A stretch of 64,000 nucleotides of DNA from Leucoraja ocellata (GCA_036785375.1 JAWMAR010000025.1:3410001-3474000); one strand, 5' to 3'; positions 46,902-60,268 are shown, numbered from the stretch's first letter. Program-made: numbers and translations. Notes: a model not told the origin generated them from the sequence alone.

Positions 46902-49900
46902 AATTTCAAGGAATAGCCGTGAGTCAACTGCCAGCCCACCAGCCGCGAGACTGAGCTGCCACCCGAAGAATCAATTTGGCCCACAATGTCCATACTAGCC
47001 CTCTGGAGACCAGTCCCTTCAGCCCACAACACCCATACCAGCGCTCCAGAACCCCCTCACCCCACTCCCCCCACCCCCAATGCCCACCAATATTGGAATC
47101 GGTGGAGAGATGGAATATTGCGTTGGAGGACCAGCATTCCCGTGTGAACATGGGACCCAATGGGTCCCACTTAGTCTAGCCTTTTGATAGATATCTGGCA
47201 CTGAGTGGATGCAGAGCCAACTTTAGAACTATTGTAAGTCACAGGGGTTTTGATGAAAAGGGGAGATATCAGAAGATGCCGCAATATTCAAGTCCAGAAA
47301 CAACTAGAGAATGAAACAGGTAATATTTTAGGTCAATGCTATTTCATCCCTCTGATGAATGATCATAGTCACACAATAGGTAAATAAGTCCTTCCTGTCT
47401 GTTTCACCATTGAGTCCATCTACACTAGTCACAAATCCCCCCTGGCATCAATCAACCCCTATCCCGGTCCTCAATTTTCCTTCCAGTCACTTATAGTAAG
47501 GGCACTTTACAGTAACTAATTAATCAGCAGGAAAGCAAAGCACCCAGAAAAAACCATGAGGCGGGTCCTGGTAAGGGGTCACAGAGAGACTCCATACAGA
47601 CAGCACTGAAAGTCATCAATCACCTCAACTCCCTCAGACAGTGGGTCAGTTACACTAACACTGTAACATTTGATACTGACTCACTCTGCAGAGATGATAT
47701 CTGACTTGCCGAGTGTTTCAAGCATTTTCTGTTTCTTTTATGGCAGGGTTTCAATCACCTGATGCAATTTATCAACTTTACAATGATTGGGAAACATGAC
47801 AAGCAATAAATTAACGATGAGGGGGTATAAAAACTAATACTGTTGGCAATATTGCTTGAAGGAATAATCTCAGCTGTGTGAAGGGAAGATATATTTAAAA
47901 ATCATCAGATGAGGCTTTACGAATTCAACTAATTTTCTTCTTGCGTATGACGTGCACAGCCTAAATTTGTTCTATTTGATCTATTTGTTTGTGCACGTTG
48001 GGTTGTTTGCACTAGTCGAAACACGGTGGACCACGTGAAGGTTGCAATCTCCCACCCAAGTTAAACTAATGAAAAAAGTGTAATTACAGTTATGAAATGT
48101 TCTATAGATTGCCAAACAATCTGACAGAACAGAGCAAATTTATAAACAAAATTCTGAATGGACCAAATTACGACGGCATTAATAATGTGATAATAATATC
48201 AATTTAGACAGTAAGTGTAAAGGCATCGAGGCACAGAATTCATAAACTTCTTATCGAGTTCACATCAGAAGATTAGAATTTGTTCAGCCAGAGCTGAACA
48301 CACTTCTTGGCATCTGCATAAAATGGTGTCTTGTGCTTCTTGTGAGTAGTGGTGCAGAGATTGGTGGAAACAGGGCCGGGACGTGAACGCTCTTTCCTTC
48401 ACCCCATTCATAAACTGAAATAAGGAGAATGTTTTCAGCGAAATGTTGTAAATCCATTGAGAAGGGATGGAAGTAGATGGAACAGGGAGGGTGGTAGAGA
48501 GGGAGAGATGAAAGGGGCATGGGGGTAAAGGGGTAGGTCAGGGAGAAGAAAGGGGTGGATGGGGTCAGACAGGAAGGGGAAAGGAATTGCAATTCAGGGA
48601 TTAGTTTTGGGAATGAAGCTTGGTGTTTGGAAGAAGTAGCAATAAGAGAGCATTGTTTCATCATATGTTTCATTTCTTCTCCGTGGATTGTCACCTTGTC
48701 GTGGTGGAGAAGCTTGTGTGGACCTGAGATCCAGAGAACGATGCCGTCTGGAGCTGTGCTCCTGTTAGGGCCACCCATGGCGGTAAGGTCGAGGGGGAGG
48801 TCCAAAGAGCAATCCAACCAAGACCTTAACGGTGGAACAGGCGGAGGACGATGGCTGACCTTAGTGGAGCGTCACAACGGCTGGGAAGGCGGATGAAGGC
48901 TGCAGCAGTAAAGGGTCTCCGGTCGTCTTGGACCATGCCACTGGACCTGACCCCGATCTGTCAAGGACCGTGGGTGTCTGGCTGTGTACCAGTCTCCCCA
49001 CGTTAAACAAAGTCACACACAGGTGTCTCCATATAGGGAATAGCACCCTAGAGGCACCCATGGCCAACCAAGGTATCCGTGGCTGTCAGCATTATGGAAA
49101 TGTTCCATTTTTTAAAGAGGTGAATAAAGGCACACTCCAAATACGTACAGGTTTGTAGGGTTGCAGCTTCGATAAAATAGTAAGTTGCCCCTACTGTGTA
49201 CGATAGTCCTAGTGTATGGGTTGATCGCTGGTCGGCACAGACTCGGTGTGCCGAAGGGCCAGTTTCCACACTGTATCTCTAAAGTCAAAAGTCGAAAGTC
49301 TGAAACTCCACATCCAACAATATGGTGAGAGTATCATCTCAGAAGGATTTAGGTTTTGATTTAGAATTAGGATTATTAATTTCACATGTATCACATGCAC
49401 AGTGAAACGCTTTGTTTTGCATGCCACCCAATCAAATCAGAACGTACGAGATATAAATCCTATCAAGCCAAAATCAAATATAATAGATAGAGCAAAGGGA
49501 AATATATCGTTCTCAGCCTTGTAATGCACCAGTTCCATAGATAAAATCCAATGTCCGCAATTAGATAGAAGGGAATTGGACAGTACCCTAGCTTATGGAA
49601 GGCTGTTCAGAAATGTGTTAACAGAGGGGAAGATTTCTGAGTCTGGTGGTGCACACTCACAAGTTTCTGTATCTTCTGTATCTTCTCTCAGTTGGAAGCG
49701 GGCAATGGATGGAGTGACCGGGGTGGGACAAGTCATTGATTATGTTGGATCTGGTCTTGTTTCTGAAGAGGTGTGAAGTGTAGATGGAGCCAATGGTGGG
49801 GAGTCTGATTTCCATTGTTCAAGAGTATGACTCACCACTGCCTTTTCAAGGGCCATTGGGAAGGGCAGTAAAAGGTGACTGGCAGACACGCAAACATTTA

Positions 49901-50359
49901 TTGGGGGACTTTTGACATGCAAATTTTAAAATGCAGAAATGAAACTTACTGTGAATGTGCTCGATATCAGTGGCTTTAAATCATATGTAGGACTTTACAA
50001 CAGTTATTCACATCTGATTAGAGATATATTTATTTGGTGAAAGTCTCCAGCTAACTCCACAATTGATTGATATTCCATTCTTTGCAACAATAGTATTATA
50101 TTTCCTCATAATGTATAAATTGCATAAACGTTCATGATAATGAAATAAACAAAATTAAATATGATAAACTATATCAAACAAGTCATTAACTCCTTAACTC
50201 TGTAGTCATTAACTCTGAAGAAGCGTCTTGACCCAAAACATCACCCATTCCTTCTCTCCAGATATGCTGTCTGTCCCGCTGAGTTACTCCAGCTTTTTGT
50301 GTCTCTCTTCGGTTTAAACCAGCATCTGCAGTTCCTTCTTACACATTAATCCCTTATCA

Positions 50360-50906
50360 ACTTGATACAGCAGGTAGTGAAGAAAGCTAATTGGCTTTCA
50401 TAGCAAAGATTTGAGTATAGGAGCAAGGAGGTCCTACTGCAGTTATACAGGGCCCTGGTGAGACCGCACCTGGTAGTGTGTGCAGTTTTGGTCTCCTGAT
50501 TTGAGGAAGGACATTCTTGCTATCGAGGGAGTTCACTCTAGGTTCACCAGGTTAATTCCCGGGAAGGCGGGACTGACATATTGAAAGAATGGATCGACTG
50601 GGCTTACAGTATATTCACTGGAATTTAGAAGGATGAGAGGATATCTTATAGAAACATATAACATTCTTAAGTGATTGGACAGGCTAGATGTAGAAAAAAT
50701 GTTCCCCGTGTTAGGGGAGTCCAGAACCAGGGGTCACAGTTTAACAATAAGGGGTAGACCATTTAGGACTATGAGGAAAAACATTTTCAGCCAGAGAGTT
50801 GTGAATCTGTGGAATTCTCTGCCACAGAAGGCAGTGGAGGCCAATTCACTGGACGTGTTCAAGAGGGAGTTAAATATAACTCTATTGTCTAATGTAATCA
50901 AGGGAG
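50360..50906 (+). mobile_element. Older CR1 3' fragment, split by a younger CR1 (resumes ~53724-53845)
   Basis: RLDVEKMFPVLGESRTRGHSL...QRVVNLWNSLP. The sequence aatcaaggga resumes as gatatggggagaaagcagg after the insertion. Confidence 0.8.
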
Positions 50907-53723
50907 TCCTGGAAGTATGATGTTGTGGCGATCAGTGAAACATGGTTGCAGGAGGGCTGTGATTCGAAACTAAATATTCCAGGATTTCGTTGCTTCAGGT
51001 GTGATAGAATTGGAGGGGCAAGAGGTGGAGGTGTTGCATTGCTTATCAGGGAAGATATTACAGCAGTGTTTTGGCAGGATAGAGTAGAGGGCTCGTCTAG
51101 GGTGGCTATTTGGGTGGAACTGAGAAATGGGAAAGGGGTAGCAACACTTATAGGGGTGCATTATAGACTGCCAAATGGGGAGCGAGAATTGGAAGAGCAA
51201 ATATGTAAGGAGATTGCAGATATTAGTAGTAAGCACAAGGTAGTGATTGTGGGAGATTTAAATTTTCCACACATAGACTGGGAAACACATTCTGTAAATG
51301 GGCTGGATGGGTTGGAGTTTGTAAAGTGTGTGCAGGATAGTTTTTTGCAGCAATACATAGAAGTACCTACTAGAGAAGGGGCGGTGCTGGACCTCCTGTT
51401 AGGAAATGAGACGGGTCAGATGGCAGAGGTATGTGTTGGGGAACAGTTTGGGACTAGTGATCACAATACCATTAGTTTCAACATAATTATGGAGAGGGTC
51501 AGAACTGGACCTAGGGTTGAGATTTTTGATTGGAGAAAGGCTAACTTTGAGGAGATGCGAAAGGATTTAAAAGAAGTAAATTGTGACAGTTTGTTTTATG
51601 GGAAAGATGTGGAAGAGAAATGGAAGACATTTAAAGGTGAAATTTTAAGAGTACAGAATCTTTATGTCCCTGTTCGGTTGAAAGGAAATAGTAAAAATTG
51701 GAAAGAGTCATGGTTTTCAAGGGAAATTGGACACTTGGTTCGGAAAAAGAGAGAGATCTACAATAATTATAGGCATCATGGAGTAAATGAGGTGCTTGAG
51801 GAGTATAAAGAATGTAAAAAGAATCTTAAGAAAGAAATTAGAAAAGCTAAAAGAAGATATGAGATTGCTTTGGCAAGTTAGGTGAAAGTAAATCCAAAGG
51901 GTTTCTACAGCTCTATTAATAGCAAAAGGATAACGAGGGATAAAATTGGTCCATTAGAGAGTCAGAGTGGACAGCTATCTGCAGAGCCAAAAGAGATGGG
52001 GAGATAGTGAACAATTTATTTTCTTCGGTATTCACCAAGGAGAAGGATATTGAATTATGTGAGGTAAGGGAAACAAGTAGAGTAGCTATGGAAACTATGA
52101 GATTCAAAGAAGAGGAAGTACTGACACTTTTGAGAAATATAAAAGTGGATAAGTCTCCAGGTCCGGACAGGATATTCCCTAGGACATTGAGGGAAGTTAG
52201 TGTAGAAATAGCAGGGGCTTTGACAGAAATATTACAAATGTCATTAGAAACGGGAATAGTGCCGGAGGATTGGCGTACTGCGCATGTTGTTCCATTGTTT
52301 AAAAAGGGGTCTAAGAGTAAACCTAGCAATTATAGACCTGTTAGTTTGACATCAGTGGTGGGCAAATTAATGGAAAGGATACTTAGAGATAATATATATA
52401 AGCATCTGGATAAACAGGGTCTGATTAGGAACAGTCAACATGGATTTGTGCCTGGAACGTCTTGTTTGACTAATCTTCTTGAATTTTTTGAAGAGGTTAC
52501 TCGGGAAATTGATGAGGGTAAAGCAGTGGATGTTGTATATATGGACTTCAGTAAGGCCTTTGACAAGGTTCCTCACGGAAGGTTGGTTAAGAAGGTTCAA
52601 TTGTTGGGTATTAATGGTGGAGTAGCAAGATGGATTCAACAGTGGCTGAATGGGAGATGCCAGAGAGTAATGGTGGATGGTTGTTTGTCAGGTTGGAAGT
52701 CAGTGACTAGTGGGGTGCCACAAGGATCTGTGTTGGGTCCACTGTTGTTTGTCATGTACATCAATGATCTGGCTGATGGTGTGGTAAATTGGATTAGTAA
52801 GTATGCCGATGATACTAAGATAGGAGGGGGTTGTGGATAATGAAATCAAAGTCTACAGAGAGATTTATGCCAGTTGGAAGAGTGGGCTGAAAGATGGCAG
52901 ATGGAGTTTAATGCTGATAAGTGTGAGGTGCTACATCTTGGCAGGACAAATCAAAATAGGAAGTACATGGTAAATGGTAGGGAATTGAATAATGCAGGTG
53001 AACAGAGGGATCTGGGAATAACTGTGCACAGTTCCCTGAAAGTGGAATCTCATGTAGATAGGGTGGTAAAGGAAGCTTTTGGTGTGCTGGCCTTTATAAA
53101 TCAGAGCATTGAGTATAGAAGTTGGGATGTAATGTTAAAATTGTACAAGGCATTGGTGAGGCCAATTCTGGAGTATGGTGTATAATTTTGGTCGCCTAAT
53201 TATAGGAAGGACGTCAACAAAATAGAGAGAGTACAGAGGAGATTTACTAGAATGTTGCCTGGGTTTCAGCAACTAAGTTACAGAGAAAGGTTGAGCAAGT
53301 TAGGGCATTATTCTTTGGAGCGCAGAAGGTTAAGGGGGGACTTGATAGAGGTCTTTAAAATGATGAGAGGGATAGACAGAGTTGACGTGGATAAGCTTTT
53401 CCCACTGAGAGTAGGGAAGATTCAAACAAGGGGACATGACTTGAGAATTAAGGGACAGAAGTTTAGGGGTAACATGAGGGGGAACTTCTTTACTCAGAGA
53501 GTGGTGGCTGTGTGGAATGAGCTTCCAGTGAAGGTGGTGGAGGCAGGTTCGTTTTTATCATTTAAAAATAAATTGGATAGTTATATGGACGGGAAAGGAA
53601 TGGAGGGTTATGGTCTGAGCGCAGGTATATGGGACTAGGGGAGAATACGTGTTCGGCATGGACTACAAGGGTCGAGATGGCCTGTTTCCGTGTTGTAATT
53701 GTTATATGGTTATATGGTTATAT
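50907..53723 (+). mobile_element. CR1-clade LINE of a different subfamily, near-complete ORF2 with few disruptions
   Basis: ORF 50925-51881 is the APE domain (AISETW, GDLN, SDHN). ORF 52007-52840 is RT (YMDFSKAFDKV, GVPQGSVLGP, KYADDTK). ORFs 52874-53185 and 53252-53638 follow. The 3' tail is (gttatatg)n. Confidence 0.95.
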
Positions 53724-54954
53724 GATATGGGGAGAAAGCAGGAACGGGATACTGATTCTGGATGATGAGCCATGATCGTATTGAATGGCAGTGCTGGCTC
53801 AAAGGACTGAATGGCCCACTCCTGCACCTATATTCTATGTTTCTATAATGCTTTATCAACAGCCCTGTGCCATTAGCAACAGTTCTATGAACAGTTTTAC
53901 TTGGTAAAAACTCAGTTTCATCTGTACTCATCTGTGATGGTCATACAAAAGCTGGATGGAAGCTTTTTTTTTTTTTTTTAATAATTTTTTTATTGGAGAT
54001 AGGTACATAATCTATTACATCATTACTGTCTTACATGGATGGAAGCTGCCAACGTTTATGAAGCAAAGGAGATGTGCCACCAAGCAACGTCCAAAGAGAT
54101 GGAGTAGACTGTGGCAAATCTGGAAAAAGTGAGAAAGCAAGTGTGTTTTAATTTGCAGCGGGTGAGGGAGGTGGGGAAAGCAGAGGAAAGCCTGTGATAG
54201 GTTGCTGTCCAAGTGTGTCCACGTGACACAAGTGCATTCAGTGCCTATGAAAGAAGATAAATGCTAGTTTATTCGTTGTGGAGGTAAATAGAGGATGATG
54301 AACGAGGAAGGTCCGTGGGAATAGAAACAACAATGGAGCGGTGAGTTGCAGGGCAGAGCAGTTCGTGAAAATATGAATGAAAAGAGAATGTTGGAAATAC
54401 CAGATCAAGTAGCTTCTGTGGAGAGCGGAAAAAGTTAAAAATCCACTCCTTTCCTCAATTTGTCATTGGCAATGTCGGTAGATAGTGTACGTGATGGTTG
54501 CAATGTCAACATGTTAACTTACTGGGGCCGTCTCTGAAAGAGTATTTTAGTTCTCAAATTACAGTTCAGATCTGCAGGAGGAACAACATCTCTCATTTCC
54601 ACTCATTTCCCGGTGTGCTGGTTGCTCTGTGTTACTCCACATGAATAAATGTTTTATAGATACCAATTAAATCACATAATCTCAACTTCATATCTTAAAA
54701 CTGATACAACCCGTATAATAACTTAGCTACTGCAAACAATGCAATAACTGTAAAATGCCAGAGATATTGCATCATGGAAAATTAGATCAACATTTCCCAG
54801 GCCGTTCAAAGGGAGATGTGTGGATTTTAGCAACGGGCAAGGTTAGGCAAGGCTGTGATACTCCCTTCAGTTAAACAAAAAGGGCATGTGTTTGAACATG
54901 GACATACATACTTAAATATAAACACTGATAGAGAAATGCATGGTTTATATTAAG

Positions 54955-55245
54955 GGCAGTTGGGATCACACAGCAGTAGAGCTGCTGCCTTACATTAAAT
55001 GCAGTGCTGGAGATCCTGGTTTGATCCCGAATACATGTGTTGGCTGTACGGAGTTTATATGTTCTCCCCGTGACCTGCGTGGGTTTTCTCTGTGATCATC
55101 GGTTTCCTCCCACACTCCAAAGACGTAAAGGTTTGTAGGTTAATTGGCTTGGTAAATGTAAAAATTGTCCCTGGTGTAGTGTTAATGTGTGGGGATCGCT
55201 GGTTGGTCCGGACACGGTGGGCCACAGGGCTTGTCCTGATTTGTA
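54955..55245 (+). mobile_element. HE1/V-SINE-like SINE
   Basis: B-box-like ggtttgatcc and core gtgggttttctc...ggtttcctcccacactccaaagacgt. Confidence 0.75.
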
Positions 55246-55679
55246 CACAAGCCCATGCTTTAGCAATTGTATACATACAAATGCACATATCCGAAGTAAC
55301 GTGGTAACAGGGCAGGTACCAAACCCAAATCATGAAGGAAAAGAGGGACAAAGAAGAATTAGGTTGTTGGAAAAAAAGGCAAAAGGAAATGAGGAAAATG
55401 CAAAGTTGGAACATTTCAAATTTTCAATGTCAACGAAGAATTGACTAAATGCATGAATGAGATTAACAAGCACAATAGTTCATTTTCTGTACTGGGAAGA
55501 CTCGTTGGCATTGCATCTATAATTACAAAGTTATTAAAAGATACTTATGCTCTTAATTACCAGCTCCAACTTTCTGACACAAGTTTGGCAGAAAATGTAA
55601 GCTCTTAAAAATAAAGCCAAAGGGTGAAATGTGAAGTAACCAGTGGAGCAGTGTACTGTATCCTAATGTGAGCCTTGGA

Positions 55680-56122
55680 TAGATAGATAGAATAGATAGA
55701 ATTACTTTATTAATCCCCTTATTCAGGGGGAATTCAGATGTCCTTGCAGCACACTAATAAAAATACAACATAGCATTCAAGAAGTTTAACATTAAAACAT
55801 TAAAACATAAAAACATCCAGTCCAGCACAAAGTCCAGTCCCCATCCTCTTGTCCACCCAGAGTCGGGCCCATTGAGACCTCCACAGTCGCCGTTACGGGG
55901 CCCAATGTTCCCGGCCGTTCTCGCCGGATGATTGTACTCCGGCGTCGGGAGAACCCTCAACGGCTTGGGGTGCCAGGAACGGCCGCCTTCTTACCGGAGA
56001 CCGCGGCTTCCAAGCCAACAGACCGCGCTGGACGAAGCTTCACACACTGGCGATCTCGGCGAGAGATCTCAGACTCCGGGATGTAAAGTTCAGCGCCGCA
56101 GCTGGCCACTCCACAGATACTG
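55680..56122 (-). mobile_element. Retroposon 3' fragment with simple-repeat tail
   Basis: (atag)n-like tail plus tttatt (minus-strand AATAAA) followed by a CpG-rich body. Family not identified. Confidence 0.5.
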
Positions 56123-56280
56123 CAGGAGTATCAGTAAGGTTTACTTACAATAAGCTTTACAGGATACAGCTGTTTGAAGCAAGGGTGTTTATTCTAGTCA
56201 AATTCAACAAACTCCCTGCAAAGGTCTTCATTGAATCCTATGACAAATATGCAGCTATACAAATACATCATGAAGCCAGA

Positions 56281-56478
56281 TAGACACAAAATACCGGAGT
56301 AACTCAGCAGGACAGGCAGCATCTCTGGAGAGAAGCAATGGGTGAAGTTTTGGGTCCAGACCCTTCTTCAGACGTCACCTATTCCTTCACTCCAGAGATG
56401 CTGCCTGTCCCGCTGAGTTACTCCGGCATTTTGTGTCTATCTACGATTTAACCCAGCATCTGCAGTTCTTTCCTACAC
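56281..56478. repeat. Palindromic Penelope-derived terminal repeat pair
   Basis: tagacacaaaataccggagtaactcagcagg...tctctggag versus ctccagagatgctgcctgtcccgctgagttactccggcattttgtgtcta. A similar pair lies at ~57448-57640. Confidence 0.75.
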
Positions 56479-56489
56479 ATCATCATGCT

Positions 56490-57335
56490 TTTCCCTGAAG
56501 CTGTTGGACAGAGCTGTCCGCAAACCAAACTAAGATGCAAGCTGACAGTATGCTTTCTATGGTGCATCAGTAGAAGTTTGTAACCGTCACTGGAGAGTTT
56601 GTAAGAATCATGGGAGACATGCCGAATATCCGCAGTGTCCTCAGGAAGTTGAGATGTTTGTCTCCCTTCTTGGCTGTTGCATCAACGTGGCTGGTGGATG
56701 ACAGATCATTGGAAATATTGACGCCCAGCAAGTTGATGTTGATGCCGATTGGGGCATGTACTCACTCCACCACGCTTCCTGAGGTCAATAACTGGGCCCT
56801 TCATCTTGCTGATATTGAGGGGGAGGTTATTGTCCTGACACCCATGTCGCTAACTTCTGAATCTCCTTTCTGTACTCCATCTCGTCATTGTTTATAATTC
56901 AGTCCACTACAATGGTGTCATTCGCAAACTTGTAGATGGAATTGGAGCTGAATTTAGCTGTACAGTCTTGAGTGCGGCAGGGAGTATGGCAGGGGACTGA
57001 GAACACATCCTGGCAGGGCTCCACTGTTGAGAATTATTGTGTAGGAGGTGTTGTCACTTATGCTCACTGATCGTGGTCTGTGTCAGAAAGTCAAGGATCC
57101 AATGGCAGAAGGGGGGAGCTGACTCCTTGATCCAGGAGTTTGGAGATGAGTTTGTATGGGATTATGGTGCGGAAGGCAGGAGTTGATAAATGGGAGTTTA
57201 ACAGATGAGTCCCTGGTGTCTGGGTGTTCCAGAGATGAGTTTAGGGCCAGGGAGATGGCGTCTGCTGTGGATCTGTTGCAACAGTAAGTAAACTGCAGTG
57301 GATCAAGGCTGGCTGGGAGGCTGGAATTAATGTTA
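56490..57335 (-). mobile_element. Degenerate Rex1/Babar-type RT fragment
   Basis: Minus strand reads IYKFA(N)DT at ~56915-56940 and a GALPGCVLSP-like segment at ~56995-57025. Confidence 0.6.
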
Positions 57336-59260
57336 TGATGTATCTGTCTTGACTAATCTACTGAAGTTCCCAGAGACATGACTACTTCAATAGATTACCA
57401 TAGGGGCATCAATAGATGATTTTCAGAAGGCTTTTGTCATAGACATTAAAAGCTGGTGTCTCAGCTGGTCAGGCAGCATCTCTGGAGAAATGGAATGGAT
57501 GACATTTTGGATCGAGACCTTACTTGTCTCGACCCGAAACATCACCTACTCGTGTTCTCCAGAGATTTTGCCTGACCCGCTGAATGACTCAAGGTTTTTG
57601 TGTCTATCTTTGGTTTCAACCAGCATCTGCAGTTCCTTCCAAAACAGGCTTTTGTCATAGTTCCTCGCAGGAAGTTGGTTAACAAGGTGAGAGCATATGG
57701 AATCAGCAGTTTTATATTGACATGGACAGTGAATTAATTATTGGACAGAAGAAGTGTGGGAATAATCAGATCTTTCTCAAGATTGTAGGCCGTGACTAGT
57801 GGGATCAGGTATCAGCAGGGATCAGTGCTTGGACCCCAAACTATTTGTGATCCAAATTAATGACTAGGGTGCAGGGGCCAAATGTCATATTTCCAAGTTT
57901 ATCTATGATACTGCAGTGGATCAAGCATTGTGAGTACAGTGAAGGATATAAAGAGGGCTGTAATAAGCATCCAGGGTAGCTGAGAACATGACAAATTGAA
58001 TATAATGTGGAAAAATGTGAGATCATCGACTTTGATAAGTAAAGTAAAATATTTGTTAACCCCTGATAAATTGTGGAGTGCTGATGTACAAAGGTGTGAA
58101 GACCAAACTGGTAGCAATTAGGAGGGTAGACAAAAAGAACTGCAGATGTGGGCCAGGTAGCATCTCTGGAAAACATGGATAGGCAACATTTTGGGATGGC
58201 ACTCTTCCTCAGACTACCATTGCTGTGTTAGCCTTTATAAAAAATGGGATTTGATTATACGAGTAAGAAAGTATCAATGAGGACACACATGGTCTGATTG
58301 CAGAAATGGTGGAGACAGTGGAAAGAGTAATATCATCTGTTCAAGTTCAAGTTCAAGTTCAAGTGAGTGTATTGTCATGTGGCCCTGATAGGACAATGAA
58401 ATTCTTGCTTTGCTTCAGCACACAGAACATAGTAGGCATTTACTACAAAACAGATCAGTGTGTCCATATACCATAATATAAATATATACACACATGAATA
58501 AATAAACAGATAAAGTGCAAATAACAGATGATTGGTTATTAATAATCAGAGTTTTGTCCGAGCCAGGTTTAATAGCTTGATGGCTGTGGGGAAGTAGCTA
58601 TTCCTGAACCTGGTTGTTGCAGTCTTCAGGCTCCTGTACCTTCTACCTGAAGGAGCAGGGAGATGAGTGTGTGGCCAGGATGGTGTGGGTCTTTGATGAT
58701 ACTGCCAGCCTTTTTGTGGCAGCGACTGCGATAAATCCCCTCAATTGAAGGAAGGTCAGAGCCGATGATGGACTGGGCAGTGTTTACTACTTTTTGTAGT
58801 CTTTTCTTCTCCAGGGCGCTCAAATTGCCGAACCAAGCCACGATGCAACCGGTCAGCATGCTCTCTACTGTGCACCTATAGAAGTGGAGTTTGAAACTAG
58901 AGTTTGGAATTTGAAATGTACATGATTCGTAGCAGACTGGACAGGCTCGATGTAGGGAGGATGCTTCCCCTGATTGATGAGTCTCACAAAGTCAGTATGG
59001 TTTGCAATACGATTTAGGGCACTTAGGACTGGGTTAAGGAAATATTTCTTCCCTCAAAGGATGGTGAGGCTTTGTAATTCTCAACTCTGGAAGGTGACGG
59101 AGGATTAGTTGTTCTGCTCATAGATTTCTAAATATGATGGGATCAAAGGATACAATAATAGTGCGGGAAAATGGAGCAGAGGTACCAGCACAGCCATTAT
59201 CTTCATGGATGGCACAGCCTTAGTGAAGGTCCAGATGCCTACCCCTGCTATTTGTTTCGT
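57336..59260 (+). mobile_element. Old degenerate CR1 interrupted by several nested insertions
   Basis: Fragments CLTNLLKF, DFQKAF, QGSVLGPQL and YNVEKCE, plus a 3' end at ~58935-59260. Confidence 0.65.
58340..58885 (-). mobile_element. Rex1/Babar LINE 3' fragment with (TTGAAC)n tail
   Basis: ORF 58626-58859 reads GCIVAWFGNLS...KRLQKVV...IIKDPHHPGH. (ttcaag)n repeat at 58340-58363. Confidence 0.85.
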
Positions 59261-59989
59261 TCCTCTGATCATTTGGGGCGGAACAGTGACGCAGTGGTAG
59301 ATTGGATTACTTCACAAAGGTCCCATTGCTTTGACTCACAGTTTCTAGCTTGTTTGATGGCTAACCACAGTTGCTCAGTATTGCTTTTCTTTTCCTTGAA
59401 AACCCTGCCTTTGTAGACTTTGCTCTCCCCTCTAATTTACACTATCAAATGCAATCATTTACGGAGATTATAATGCATAAACAGCTCTGACGAGCTAAAA
59501 CAAGTAACTGAATGTTGTATCATATTTAAGTAGATGCTATCCAATAAATATTTAACCAGGAAGTCTCGATAGCATGAAAATACATCCTTGTTCAAGGTTT
59601 CTGTAGATGTGGGCACATTTTTTTCTCCGCTGCCTCATTGGAAGCAGTATGAAACAGATATATCAGAATGAAATTTGATGCAGTTGCACCATACAAAGCT
59701 CTCAGAGAAATCCAGTAAACCGTGGTCCACTGTCGAACACTAATTCTGCCATCCTGAGCAGAGGTCCATCTTAACTTCTTAATTTTGATCAAAGTTGTCA
59801 TGAATATGTGGCAATGATTGAAGTGGCCATTTTTCCCGGGCTAGTAACAGTCTTAAGTGTTTGCTTTACAGGGACACAAATTTTACACCACTTTGTGAAT
59901 GTTTGACCAATGCACAAAAAGCCTAGCAATGGCCTTCTTATCGAAGATAGCTTTGTGCTGTGCATGTAGTTGAATTACCGATTTGGTTT

Positions 59990-60268
59990 GGGCGACATGG
60001 TGGTGCAGTGGTAGAGCTGCCAAAGGCCCGGGTTCAATATTGACCATGGGCGATGTCTGTACGGCATTTGTACCTTCTCCCCGTGATCTGCGTGGGTTTT
60101 CTCTCGATGCTCCGGTTTGTTCTTGCACTCCAAACACATATGGATTTGTAGGCTAATTGGCTTTGTATAATTGTAAATTGCCCCAATTTGTGTGTCCGGG
60201 GTCCGCTGGTCTTGGCGAACTCGGTGGGCCTGTTTCTGCGCTGTATCTCTAAACTAACTAAACTAAAC
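59990..60268 (+). mobile_element. HE1/V-SINE-like SINE (another at ~60897-61197)
   Basis: tggtgcagtggtagagctgc A-box-like head, SINE core and (ctaaa)n tail. Confidence 0.75.

Larger units (their letters stand above)
45705..47179 (+). mobile_element. Non-autonomous Helitron
   Basis: 5' A^TCTATATTACTAAAAG. 3' hairpin TGGGACCCA-A-TGGGTCCCA (47151-47169) followed by CTAG (47176-47179). No target-site duplication. Empty site visible at ~4876 and ~26849. Confidence 0.85.
1..49171. repeat. Tandem segmental duplication array, ~22-kb unit; partial unit <1-8331, unit 8332-30320, last unit 30321-49171
   Basis: Position 1 (attttctccagtccatttcag) recurs at 17887 and 39881. Near-identical ORFs recur about 22 kb apart (e.g. 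5411/27400, 8781/30770, 13168/35179). Homology of the last unit ends at ...gttgcagcttcg (49171), matching 8331 and 30320. Confidence 0.95.
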
